Below, piece after piece: positions 48,110 to 58,171 of a stretch of 64,000 nucleotides of DNA. Within the stretch, counting starts at the first letter, position 1; every line of letters begins with the position of its first letter. Made by a program: the position numbers and the translations under genes. The notes beneath the pieces were generated by a model. The model was not told where the DNA came from, did not search any database, and worked only from the letters and a program-made list of their open reading frames with translations. The DNA is from an uncultured SAR324 cluster bacterium (lineage in GTDB: Bacteria; SAR324; NAC60-12): assembly GCA_902564345.1 (NCBI GenBank), contig CACFAY010000002.1, positions 7,858 to 71,857 on the forward strand, given 5' to 3'.

Positions 48110-51100
48110 CCTTGGGCAGCTTTGATCGATTTAAGATAATCTGCAATCTCCTTAGCATTTTCTTGAGCCGCTGTTTGAATTTTTTTAAATTCTTCAGGAG
48201 CCCTCGCCTTAGCAACAAAACGATAGTGTCTTAGGGCTGAATCCCAGTTTTCCTTAAGATGAAACAATGTCCCTAGTTCAAAGTGTATCTGCACATAAAG
48301 AGCAGATATATTTGAAATTTTTCGACCTGACAATTCTTTTAATCTTTTTAGTGCCATTTCTGGCTTTTTCGCCAACTGATCGAGTTTAGCGACCCAGTAT
48401 GCAGACTGTAATTCCTGCGCTGAAGATCCTCCTCCATCTGAACGAAGCAACCAAATCCTTGCATTTTTGTTTTGTTTAAGATGAAAAAATTTATGGTAAC
48501 CAATTAAATATGCGTAAGTTCGAAGCTCTTTCTTAGACCTTGAAGCCTTTTTGAGAGAAGCATAGGCTCTCTCGTATATTTGGACAAGTGACTTATAATC
48601 TTTTGTACGTTCGTAAAGTCTTTTCAGTTCAGCAACTAGTTGTAGAATCAAATCAACATTTTCATCAGGTGCCTTTTTAAGAGCTCTGCTATAATAAATT
48701 TTAGCACGTTTATACCCGCCTAATTTTTCAGCTGCGTAGCCTTGGTCTATCTGTGATTCTAAAGAGAGAGTCTTTTGTTTATCATATTTTTCAAGAAGAA
48801 CATAAGCATCAAGGATTCCATTGTATTTTGCTCTACCTATTTTTTGATTTTCAGCAAATATAAGAAGCTTAAAATTTTCATCATCCAGTATACGTTTATT
48901 TTCTTTTACTTCTTCGTGAATAGCCTCGGTAACTTTTGACCATTCTTCCTTGTCAATCCATTTTTGGAAAGTCCTATTTGCCAAAAATTGTTTAATCTCA
49001 TTCTGCTTCGCCCGCTCTTCTTCATTTAACGGTTCAGCTTCTACAGCTTGTTGATAATAACTGAGTGAAAGCTCTGATTGCCCAATGTTTTCTGAAGCTT
49101 TGGCTTGGTCTATCAATGCTACGATTGTCACAGAAAGTGCAGGGTTATAAATTTTCAATAATTCATATGCATTCAAGATTCCTGACCAGTTACCAATTTT
49201 TTTTTCTGCAAATAGCAATTGATTAAAACTCTGTTCTTCCAGCTGGATTCGACCTTCTTGAACCTCTGACCGAATAAAGGAAGATAGTCCCCTCCAGTTT
49301 TCCTCTTCGGTCAACTTTTGAATTCTACTTTCAATTATGAATATTTGTAGGTTATCCAAATTTTCTTGGTCTTCAGGAAATGATTTTTTCCAGCGATCAA
49401 AAATTATTTTTATTCTCTCAAGTCTTTGAGAATCATTGCGTCGCTGAGCTGCAAATATCCAAAGTTTGTAATGATCGATTGTCATTTTTGGTGATTTCCT
49501 TTTAAAAACATCTTGCAGCTCCCAGGTTATTGACTTCCAGTCTTCAAGTTGTTTGTGTGCCTCAAGTAGCATGCTTACAGATTGCTTTCTATATTTGTCA
49601 TTTTGCCTAACTTCTCGTAAATCCGTACGAGCTTTAATCCAGTTTTGAGCCTTAAAATGACAACTGCCTCTCAAATAAATAAAATGATACCACCTATCAA
49701 GATTTGACTTTTTGGAGTATTGCAAAAATACAGGATTTTTTTTCAACTCAGAAATAAACTTCCCACAATTTTTCTGATCATGATATTTTAGAAACAATTG
49801 AGTTTGAAATTCGTGTCGATCTTTTTTCGACAATTTTGAATCCACAGATACTTCTTTCATAAATTTGATATATTTAGCCTCAGATTCCGTTTCCCGGTAA
49901 AGTACTTCTAGAGTTTGCAAAAGTTCAACATTTTGTTGATATTGTGGGTACTGACGTGCATTTTCAAATGCTTTTAAAGCAAGAACGGGCTTGTTTGTTT
50001 CTAGATAAAGTGACCCGAGACTGAGCTGTGTGATAGCTGAATGCTCTTTAACTTCTCCAGCCAGATATTTTTCATAGACTTCTATAGCTTTTCGAGGCTG
50101 TTTAGTTTTAATATATAAAATCCCTAATTGATATTGCACCTCATCTATATTAGCTTTGTATCCCATAGACAAATATTCTTCAAAGCTATTTATCGCATTT
50201 TTGTGATGTTTTATTTCAATATATAAGTATCCTAGCTGATAGAGAACTTCATTTAGATACGTAGCATCTCTAGTTGAAAGGTATTCGTTGAATGCTGAGA
50301 TAGATTTATTTGAATGGAAAGGTCTCTGTAGAACGCCAATACGATAATAAGCTAGAGAAAGATGCTCTTTATCATTCTTATCTATATATTTTTGGTAGTG
50401 TTTGACCATTCCTTTAACAGAATTAAAATCAAATGCTGAATCTTTTTCATACTTGACTGCTTTTGCATATGCCATTTCAGCCCGCCAAAAAGTCGAAGAA
50501 GTAGCTATTTCAGACTCTGGGTGGTCTTTTGTAATTCTGGCATACCATTTTTCAGCATGTGCATAATTTTTTTCCTTCTGAAAACCTGTGGCTAACTTAA
50601 ATTTAAGATTTAATTCCTCTTCCTTACTTATGGAATTTGAAGAGTAGAAGTATTTTTCCCATGCTTCTGCTGCTTGAACAATATCTTCCAGAAACCACCA
50701 AGCTCGTCCTAACAAATTTAAGCGTTCCAACTGCTGACTCTGGCTCAATGATTTTGGATTTAATTTAGCAAAATACATTGTAGAAGCTTTGAATTCTGGC
50801 AAAGCCATCTTTTTTCTTTTTAAACGCAGCGATTCAGCATGATATGAAGTGGCATATCCCAACCAGTAATAAGCTGCATCACTGTGACTAGAGTCAGGGA
50901 ATTTAGATAGAAAAATTTTTAATGAATTCATTGATTCAGCATATTTATCAATGCGAGCCTGTGAAACACCTTTATAAAACATTACTTTTTCAAGATATTC
51001 ATTGCTTGATGGGAAACTTATCATAAGTTCATCATAGCCTATAACTGCATCGTTAAGTTTTCCAATATTGCGAAATGATTCCGCTTTCAGAAACATCATT

Positions 51101-51327
51101 TCTTCCCTTGAATTACCTGTAGGGAATTCATCAAGATAACATCTTGCCGCCTCTATTGATTCTGCAAACAATTGAGTTTCAAATGTCTCTCGAGCAACAG
51201 CCAACTGTTCATCTTCCCCAAGATCACTTGTCCAACACTGTGCTAATGCGCAAGCTGTCCAGAAATATAAAATAATACTTATCAGAAGAGCATTTATGTT
51301 TATGAATTTTAATTTTGACATAGACAT
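48106..51327 (-). CDS. Large exported TPR-repeat protein (1073 aa)
   Basis: Signal peptide (...CALA/QC). Many 34-residue A/Y/L-pattern repeats (e.g. YQLGYLYIEIKHHKNAINSFEEYL / YQLGILYIKTKQPRKAIEVYEKYL). Internal ~100-aa duplication. Confidence 0.75.
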   Translation of the reverse strand: MSMSKLKFININALLISIILYFWTACALAQCWTSDLGEDEQLAVARETFETQLFAESIEAARCYLDEFPTGNSREEMMFLKAESFRNIGKLNDAVIGYDELMISFPSSNEYLEKVMFYKGVSQARIDKYAESMNSLKIFLSKFPDSSHSDAAYYWLGYATSYHAESLRLKRKKMALPEFKASTMYFAKLNPKSLSQSQQLERLNLLGRAWWFLEDIVQAAEAWEKYFYSSNSISKEEELNLKFKLATGFQKEKNYAHAEKWYARITKDHPESEIATSSTFWRAEMAYAKAVKYEKDSAFDFNSVKGMVKHYQKYIDKNDKEHLSLAYYRIGVLQRPFHSNKSISAFNEYLSTRDATYLNEVLYQLGYLYIEIKHHKNAINSFEEYLSMGYKANIDEVQYQLGILYIKTKQPRKAIEVYEKYLAGEVKEHSAITQLSLGSLYLETNKPVLALKAFENARQYPQYQQNVELLQTLEVLYRETESEAKYIKFMKEVSVDSKLSKKDRHEFQTQLFLKYHDQKNCGKFISELKKNPVFLQYSKKSNLDRWYHFIYLRGSCHFKAQNWIKARTDLREVRQNDKYRKQSVSMLLEAHKQLEDWKSITWELQDVFKRKSPKMTIDHYKLWIFAAQRRNDSQRLERIKIIFDRWKKSFPEDQENLDNLQIFIIESRIQKLTEEENWRGLSSFIRSEVQEGRIQLEEQSFNQLLFAEKKIGNWSGILNAYELLKIYNPALSVTIVALIDQAKASENIGQSELSLSYYQQAVEAEPLNEEERAKQNEIKQFLANRTFQKWIDKEEWSKVTEAIHEEVKENKRILDDENFKLLIFAENQKIGRAKYNGILDAYVLLEKYDKQKTLSLESQIDQGYAAEKLGGYKRAKIYYSRALKKAPDENVDLILQLVAELKRLYERTKDYKSLVQIYERAYASLKKASRSKKELRTYAYLIGYHKFFHLKQNKNARIWLLRSDGGGSSAQELQSAYWVAKLDQLAKKPEMALKRLKELSGRKISNISALYVQIHFELGTLFHLKENWDSALRHYRFVAKARAPEEFKKIQTAAQENAKEIADYLKSIKAAQG

Positions 51328-51707
51328 TTAAATTTTAATTCTTGTTATAAATTCTGAAGGGTATTGATGAAAATTTTCTAAAAATGATATAAAGTTTCGG
51401 GTAATCAGAAATTGTTATTCAAAAATTACAGAAAAATTAAGTTAATATTATCTATTCGCTTTTTTTATGCAGGAATTGTGGCAGCACATGAACTTTTACA
51501 CTCTTTATTACAAGTAAGACCTTAAAGTTTAAGCTGCGTAATTCCGCAGATATTAGAAAGTGAAATAAAATTTTATTCTCAATTACATACGGAAAATTGA
51601 TCATTTATCTGATATTCTTTTTTTTCTTTGCATATTTCGTTAGTCTTCGTATCTTAATTAACTATTAATTATAGCGTTTCAACCAAAAAAAACCAATCCA
51701 GAAGCAG

Positions 51708-52337
51708 ATGAAACCAAGCAAATCAATGCGAACACAAATTAAAATATGTGGCCTTACAAAACCTGAGCAAGCACTTTCTTGTTTTAACATGGGCGCAGAT
51801 TTAATTGGGCTAAATTGCTGGAGTGGATCATCGCGTTATATTATTCCAGAAATTATAAGTGAGATCGTTTCTGAACTTCCTAAATCAGCTAAGACTGTAG
51901 GGGTATTTGTAAATGCATCTCCAGATTCAATAAATGATTTGATGAATTTAACAGGTATGGACTGGGTGCAACTGCATGGTGATGAAGAATTGGTAACTTG
52001 TGAAAAATTGGAATTCCCTTGGTTTAAAGCATTTCGCGTATCTCCTAAATTCAAATTTTCCCTTATAAAGCATTACAAACAGGAAACATTTCTAATTGAT
52101 GCGTTTAGTAAGTATCATTTTGGTGGTTCAGGACTAAAAGTTGATATTGAACTTGCAAATAAGGCTTCAGGCTTTGGTAAGATGATCCTTGCGGGAGGGC
52201 TAACCCCAGAAAATGTTGAAGAGGCAATTGAGAAGGTTAAACCTTGGGCAGTAGATGTTTGTAGCGGAGTAGAAAAAAAACCTGGAATAAAAGACATGAG
52301 GTTAGTTGAAAAATTTATTAGTAAAATCATTAAATAA
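51708..52337 (+). CDS. trpF: Phosphoribosylanthranilate isomerase
   Basis: 209 aa. IKICGLT...ADLIGLN, VQLHGDE and AGGL.PENV motifs. Confidence 0.85.
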   Translation: MKPSKSMRTQIKICGLTKPEQALSCFNMGADLIGLNCWSGSSRYIIPEIISEIVSELPKSAKTVGVFVNASPDSINDLMNLTGMDWVQLHGDEELVTCEKLEFPWFKAFRVSPKFKFSLIKHYKQETFLIDAFSKYHFGGSGLKVDIELANKASGFGKMILAGGLTPENVEEAIEKVKPWAVDVCSGVEKKPGIKDMRLVEKFISKIIK

Positions 52338-52369
52338 TTTTTTTCAATATGAATAATCTGTATTAAGCA

Positions 52370-54538
52370 ATGAAAAATTCAAATTTCACAACTCAGGGAG
52401 GAATCAAAATAGAAAAGACTATCACTCCACTAGATGCAGATTCAGCATTGAACAAAATATATCAATATATTGATACACATAAGGGTGCTCTTTTTGTGAG
52501 TAATTATGAGGTACCAGACCGCTATTCGCGATGGGATCTCGGATTCATAAATCCGGCATTGGAGTTGATTACAAAAAAACGTAACTTTGAAATCAATGCA
52601 CTCAATCCAAACGGATCACTTATTCTCAAAGTAATTGAACCTGAAATAATGAAACATCCTCATCTTGAAGTATTAAATTCATTATCAGAAAAAGATAATG
52701 TTATGGGAACGATTTCTGGAACTGTTAATGTAATGAGTGAGTTCTTCCTTGAAGAAGAAAGGAGCCGCCAACCAAGCGTATTTTCTGTAATCAGAGCAAT
52801 CTTTGAACTATTTAGAAGTAATGATCCTTATCTAGGACTATATGGTGCATTTGGCTACGATCTGGTTTTTCAATTTGAAACAATTCAAACGAAACACGAA
52901 AGGGATGATGATCATTCAGACCTGCACCTCTTCCTTCCAGTAGAAATGGTAGTCGTTGACCGACAGAAGGAAGAGGCCAATAAAATTGAATTTAATATAC
53001 ATACACCTGCTGGTATTACAGAAAGCTGGTGGAATACAGGCAGTGAGTTCTCAGTTGCCGCAGGGAATTCAGATGGGCAAGTTCATTGTGACCACAAGAT
53101 TGGTGAATTTGAAAAAAAAGTATCAAAAATTAAAAATAGTTGTAGAAGAGGAGATTTTTTTGAAGTAGTACTTTCCCAAACTTTTTCTACAGGTTTCAAC
53201 GATAATCCCTCTAAATTGTTTGGTAGAATCTGTGATCAAAATCCAAGCCCTTACAGTTTTCTTATCAATATGGGAAAGGAACAGCTTGTTGGAGCATCTC
53301 CTGAGATGTATGTAAGAATAAAAGAAAATCGATTTGAAACGAGTCCAATATCAGGAACTGTTCCTGTAGGTAAAGACCCCATGGAAACTGCCGAACTTAT
53401 AAAAACACTTATTTCTTCAGAAAAAGAAGAATCAGAACTTACTATGTGTACGGATGTGGACAGGAATGACATGGCAAGAATTTGCATTCCAGGAAGTGTA
53501 AGATTAATTGGCCGTCGCTTGCTTGAAAGATATTCTAAACTAATTCATACAGTAGATCACCTTGAGGGAATTTTAAATAATGACAGGGACGCTGTGGATG
53601 CCATTTTGACTCACATGTGGGCTTGTACAGTAACAGGTTCACCAAAACCAACTGCGATGCAAACAATTGAAAATTTTGAAAATTCACCACGAGGATGGTA
53701 CAGCGGCTGTATTGGATTTTTGTGGTTTAATGGTTTTGTAAGCACAGGAATGACATTACGTACTGTGCATCTAAAAAATGGAAGAGCCTCAGTTCGAGCT
53801 GGAGCAACACTACTGTATGATTCTGAACCTTCGAAAGAGGAAAAGGAAACACAAATCAAAGCATCAGCTTTCCTAGCTGCTACACTAGGCAATAAATCTT
53901 CCGATACCGAGGAAATTGATTTACCAAAGTCAGGTGAAGAAAAAACAGTTTTGTTTGTTGATAATCATGACAGCTTTGTACATATATTGGCTAGTTATGT
54001 CCGAGAAACTGGAGCAAAAGTAGTGACACTCCGCTCTGGATTTCCTTATAGAATGTTCGATGAAATTTTTCCTGATTTACTCTTTGTCTCTCCGGGACCT
54101 GGATACCCTAAAGAACATAATGTCTCTGAGGTTGTAGGTGAAGCTCTCGAGAGAAAAATTCCAGTTTTTGGAGTTTGTCTGGGGCACCAAGGAATTGCAG
54201 AACACTTTGGAGGGAAGTTATATACCCTAGAACATCCGATTCACGGCAAGTCATCAAAAATATTTCACAATGAAAAATCTATCTTTAAAGGTCTGCCAAA
54301 TCCTTTCATTGCAGGTCGCTATCATAGTTTATACGTGGATAGAGCTACACTCCCTGAATGTTTCGAAATAACTGCTAAAACAGAAAATGGTCTCATAATG
54401 GGAATTCAGCATAAAACCCTCCCTGTTGCCTCTGTACAGTTCCATCCGGAATCGATTCTAACTCTGAAAGATAAATTCGGTCTTCGCTTAATTAACAAAG
54501 TTATGACCGAACTTACTGGTATTTCTGAACAAAAATAA
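52370..54538 (+). CDS. trpEG: Fused anthranilate synthase TrpE(G): component I + glutamine amidotransferase component II
   Basis: 722 aa. N-terminal GALFVSNYEVPDRYSRWDLGF (Rhizobium-type fused enzyme). Chorismate-binding block GASPEMYVR...GWYSG. C-terminal GATase with GVCLGHQ and FHPES. Confidence 0.9.
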   Translation: MKNSNFTTQGGIKIEKTITPLDADSALNKIYQYIDTHKGALFVSNYEVPDRYSRWDLGFINPALELITKKRNFEINALNPNGSLILKVIEPEIMKHPHLEVLNSLSEKDNVMGTISGTVNVMSEFFLEEERSRQPSVFSVIRAIFELFRSNDPYLGLYGAFGYDLVFQFETIQTKHERDDDHSDLHLFLPVEMVVVDRQKEEANKIEFNIHTPAGITESWWNTGSEFSVAAGNSDGQVHCDHKIGEFEKKVSKIKNSCRRGDFFEVVLSQTFSTGFNDNPSKLFGRICDQNPSPYSFLINMGKEQLVGASPEMYVRIKENRFETSPISGTVPVGKDPMETAELIKTLISSEKEESELTMCTDVDRNDMARICIPGSVRLIGRRLLERYSKLIHTVDHLEGILNNDRDAVDAILTHMWACTVTGSPKPTAMQTIENFENSPRGWYSGCIGFLWFNGFVSTGMTLRTVHLKNGRASVRAGATLLYDSEPSKEEKETQIKASAFLAATLGNKSSDTEEIDLPKSGEEKTVLFVDNHDSFVHILASYVRETGAKVVTLRSGFPYRMFDEIFPDLLFVSPGPGYPKEHNVSEVVGEALERKIPVFGVCLGHQGIAEHFGGKLYTLEHPIHGKSSKIFHNEKSIFKGLPNPFIAGRYHSLYVDRATLPECFEITAKTENGLIMGIQHKTLPVASVQFHPESILTLKDKFGLRLINKVMTELTGISEQK

Positions 54539-54800
54539 CTGCAATAGCGGCAAAAAATATTACACTAGACAAATAGAGTTTGCTACGGGAATTGTCTAAG
54601 ATCAAATGATGGATGGTCCCTTAATATATATTAGATCTCTGGTGAATCCACATTTACTGTGGCAGTATAAAAATCAACAATAATCAAAGGCTGTAAAGCC
54701 TCTCAAATTGTTTCAGAAGGAAAAATTGACTGGGAGGTTATGAAACTGATTTGAACAGAAAATATTTTTTTAAATTATTATTTGATTAGCACAAAAAATT

Positions 54801-55154
54801 TCAAAGATTGCATTTGTATTTACCAGGCGGCAGATTAACTTCTGAATCTTTGCTGATTAAAAATGAACGGTCGTTATTAAAATAGACAATAGTTCTATCA
54901 TGTCCTACTATCAGCAAATCTGGGGTTGATTTCGTCCAAGACTGATGAGGAGAAGTTACATCGTGATATGGCAACCTGCAAAGATAATTTACCTGCATAT
55001 CTTTTTCAGAAGGATATAAATATTGGGGATGATCGAAGGAACTACAACCTAGTAAAAAATTCAATAAAAATATTATCAACGTTAAATAATTGATAATACT
55101 AATATTTTTGAAAATAAGAAATTGATAAACCGTAAACACCAAAACAGCTCCCAA
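54801..55154 (-). CDS. Small hypothetical lipoprotein (117 aa)
   Basis: Hydrophobic N-terminus with lipobox FLLG/C. TTG start 12 nt after the upstream stop. Confidence 0.45.
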   Translation of the reverse strand: MGAVLVFTVYQFLIFKNISIINYLTLIIFLLNFLLGCSSFDHPQYLYPSEKDMQVNYLCRLPYHDVTSPHQSWTKSTPDLLIVGHDRTIVYFNNDRSFLISKDSEVNLPPGKYKCNL

Positions 55155-55165
55155 GGAAACTAAAC

Positions 55166-55894
55166 TTAAGAAACTGTTTCTTCCTCTGAAACTGGGAAAT
55201 AAAGAATACGTTTACAATGAGGACAATTTTTATGTGAATTGGGATTAGACATCAATTCATTAATTAACTGCGGCAACAAAACCATATGGCAACCACTGCA
55301 GCTCTTATCAACTATAGCGCAGATAGGTGTGGTAATCCCACTATTCTGACACCGCTCATAAAAACGTTGAATATTTTTTGGAATTTTTTGCAGTAAACTA
55401 GTCCTGCGTGGAGCAAGTATGGCGATTTGTTTTTCTGCTTTTTTTTGCTCTTTCAATAGTCCTGAGGTCTCCTGTTTAAATTCTGTATTAGACTCATTTA
55501 GTTTGATATTAATTTTTTCCATCTCTTTATCTAGGTCTTCTTTATTAATATCAATTTCAAGTAGATTTTCTTCTAAAACACCAAGGTTCTTGCGTGCCTC
55601 TTCAAGCTGGCTTTTACTTGCGGCAAATTCCTTTTCGTTCCGAATCTTTGGAACTTGTTCATTCAAATGAGTAATAAGCTGCTCCTGGATCTGAATATTT
55701 TTTTTTATTTCTTCAGATTCATTTACCAAAGCTTTCAGCTCACTATTTTTTACTTCAATATTTTTTTTATGATGATTAACAACCGAACTCGCTGTATCAA
55801 TTTCTTTTTCTAATTGAGACTTTGAATGAATGAAAGTTTGTAATTCAAGGTCTGTGTGGGCGAGGTCGATTAATGGTTGTATAGATAAATTCAT
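55166..55894 (-). CDS. Coiled-coil + C4 zinc-ribbon protein (COG1579 / HP0958-like family)
   Basis: About 190 aa of coiled coil followed by CSGCHMVL...CPHCKRILY. Confidence 0.75.
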   Translation of the reverse strand: MNLSIQPLIDLAHTDLELQTFIHSKSQLEKEIDTASSVVNHHKKNIEVKNSELKALVNESEEIKKNIQIQEQLITHLNEQVPKIRNEKEFAASKSQLEEARKNLGVLEENLLEIDINKEDLDKEMEKINIKLNESNTEFKQETSGLLKEQKKAEKQIAILAPRRTSLLQKIPKNIQRFYERCQNSGITTPICAIVDKSCSGCHMVLLPQLINELMSNPNSHKNCPHCKRILYFPVSEEETVS

Positions 55895-56020
55895 GGTAGG
55901 CTTCTAAATGTTATATATTTGCATTTTCAAGTGCCAACAAATCATACCAAAACAAGTTTGTTCCTACAAGCCTAATTTAAGTTTTATCCCCTATAGTTAT
56001 GTTAATTAGAGGTATATTAC

Positions 56021-56039
56021 TTAAGAAATAATTTCTTAA
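56021..56039. repeat. Perfect 8-bp inverted repeat TTAAGAAA-taa-TTTCTTAA in the intergenic region
   Basis: Read directly. About 125 nt upstream of the COG1579 start and about 170 nt downstream of the GspL-like stop. Confidence 0.3.
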
Positions 56040-56209
56040 AAAATGGGGATTTTTAGTAATTTTAAGAAAAATTTTTTACTAAAGTGGATTTAAGCGTTTG
56101 TAAGGAAAAAATTAATGCTACAAATGAAATATAATTTTAGATGAAAATATTCAAAGATAATTCTTAGTGGATTTTTTGAAAAATTATACATATGAAAAAT
56201 AGTATTGCG

Positions 56210-58171
56210 TCAGTTTAAATTGATGGTAATTCTGTATATTATTCCATCTGGACTTTTTCGGTTACTTTCAACAATGTTTTGACTTTTAAATTCTTCAATT
56301 GATTGCAAATTTGTTTTAAGTATTTGCAGTCGATCATAACTGTCAATTGTACCACTTAGAGAGAATCTCTCTGGCCCATATTCAAGACTGTCTACTCGGA
56401 ATGGAGCATCCTCGCTAAGAAGAGAGGAAACAGTTTTAAGGAAGTTTAAATTATCATATTCACGACTTTCAAATTTTTTGCTTTTTTCAATATAAGTTTT
56501 TCTAAGTTCAATACTTTTTTTCAACTCTAAAATCAATAACTTCAAGTCTGAATTCGATGTCTTTGGTAATGCGCGAAGAAGTTCTGTTTGTATCAAAAGA
56601 TTCCCCTCTTTTATTTTATGTTTAAGCAAGTCAATCGTTGTATTTGTTTGCCAGAGGAACCCAACCAGAATAATGAAAATCAACACAGCTGAAAATGACA
56701 ATGCAATTTGATTCCTACCCAAATATCGTTTCCACGGAGTGCTCTCATGATAGAGACTCAACTGATGGAATTCAATAAAGTCTTCAGCCTGATTTCTTAA
56801 CTCTCCAAGAACACCCCAATGCTTCCGCTCAAGCAATGAAAGCATTGAAGATTTAGGATTAACAGAAGTCATTTGACTTGATAAATTATTATCTTTATGT
56901 TCAATTTCTGATGATTTAAATTTTGTTTCATGCTCGTCAATTAATGTTTTTTCTTCTGATTCTTCAGTATGATTTGTCTCTTCCTTCAATTCCTCAAGTT
57001 TTCGAATATACATCAAGGGGGTAAGCAGTTTCTCAATAATTGATAAATTTGCATCTGATTTTTCCCGATGCTTCGCTTCTTCCATTAATTCTTCAAGCGT
57101 GTCAGGTGTCTTAACATCAGTTTTCGAAAATACATTAATTGGGAGTGATGAGTCTTCATTAAGTTTTTCTTCACCTGATCTTTCAGCAAATGCTTCAGAC
57201 TCATGGAAAGGAAAGGATCTTAATTTAAAAACGACACCGTCCCATTTTATCATTGGCCCAAAAATACCGTGAATTTCAATTTGACTTTCTGAAACGTAAT
57301 TTTTAATACGCAAATGGAGAGTCAGTTGTGAGCATAGCCAGTTTAATTCATGTTTTAAATTAGTATATGTTTTTTTTAATTCAATATTACCCTCTTCTAA
57401 ATCCCCATCTTCTTGATATTTGATAAAATTATTCAGAAATGCAGAAAGAGAATTTCCAACTAACAAAAGGTGTTTCTTAAGAATTACTGGAATCCTGTTA
57501 GGAAAGATTTTTACTTGATCTAAACGACCGTCACTTATTGTGTTCACAAATGCTTCATCACCACCAAGGTAAATTTGGAATACATCACCTGTCCTAGAAA
57601 TTTTTTTATCATCGTTCATTAAGGACCTGTAAAGGGCGTAAGCAGAACAATCTACATTACGAATTAATAAATTTCTTTCCAGACAAAGTTTTTTTAACTG
57701 ATTTAGTCTTTCCTTTCCAACTAAAAACACCAGTGCTTCAGAATTTTGTTCTGACATTGTGAAAACCTGAGAACTGTAAGTACATGCAGACAAATCACTC
57801 ATTATTTCTTCTTCTAATTCATAAGGGAGTGCTTGTTCAACTTTTTTTCTTTCCTGAAAAGGAAAAGCAATTTTACGAAATGATACATCTTCGGCTGGCA
57901 ATAAAAAAGAAATAGAATGATCCTTCCACTGATGTTGGTCAAGGAATTCAGCTATCATTTCAGCCCATTCTAAGTGCTCTGCTAAAAAATTTTCTTCAAA
58001 ACCACTATTCTTTGAAGAAGCAAAACCAATTGGTTCACCAGTAATAAGACGATTTCGACTTTTTTTAGTTAGTCGGATGCCTTCAATGCAAAAGGTATGA
58101 GCAGAAATAAGGTAAAAAATATTTTCCATGAAATTGAATGTACTGCTGAGAAGGTGAGCAGAAATATTCAA
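56210..58171 (-). CDS. GspL/PilM-like bitopic assembly-platform protein with long acidic insert and PilN/GspM-like periplasmic domain
   Basis: The N-terminal block RKIAFPFQERKKVEQALPYELEEEIMSDL resembles the GspL/PilM cytoplasmic domain signature. There is a single TM (IALSFSAVLIFIILVGFLW) at about residue 490, followed by a coiled coil and a small alpha/beta domain (FRVDSLEYGPERFSLSGTIDSYDRLQILKTNL). The start may be the internal ATG at 58129. Confidence 0.45.
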   Translation of the reverse strand: MNISAHLLSSTFNFMENIFYLISAHTFCIEGIRLTKKSRNRLITGEPIGFASSKNSGFEENFLAEHLEWAEMIAEFLDQHQWKDHSISFLLPAEDVSFRKIAFPFQERKKVEQALPYELEEEIMSDLSACTYSSQVFTMSEQNSEALVFLVGKERLNQLKKLCLERNLLIRNVDCSAYALYRSLMNDDKKISRTGDVFQIYLGGDEAFVNTISDGRLDQVKIFPNRIPVILKKHLLLVGNSLSAFLNNFIKYQEDGDLEEGNIELKKTYTNLKHELNWLCSQLTLHLRIKNYVSESQIEIHGIFGPMIKWDGVVFKLRSFPFHESEAFAERSGEEKLNEDSSLPINVFSKTDVKTPDTLEELMEEAKHREKSDANLSIIEKLLTPLMYIRKLEELKEETNHTEESEEKTLIDEHETKFKSSEIEHKDNNLSSQMTSVNPKSSMLSLLERKHWGVLGELRNQAEDFIEFHQLSLYHESTPWKRYLGRNQIALSFSAVLIFIILVGFLWQTNTTIDLLKHKIKEGNLLIQTELLRALPKTSNSDLKLLILELKKSIELRKTYIEKSKKFESREYDNLNFLKTVSSLLSEDAPFRVDSLEYGPERFSLSGTIDSYDRLQILKTNLQSIEEFKSQNIVESNRKSPDGIIYRITINLN

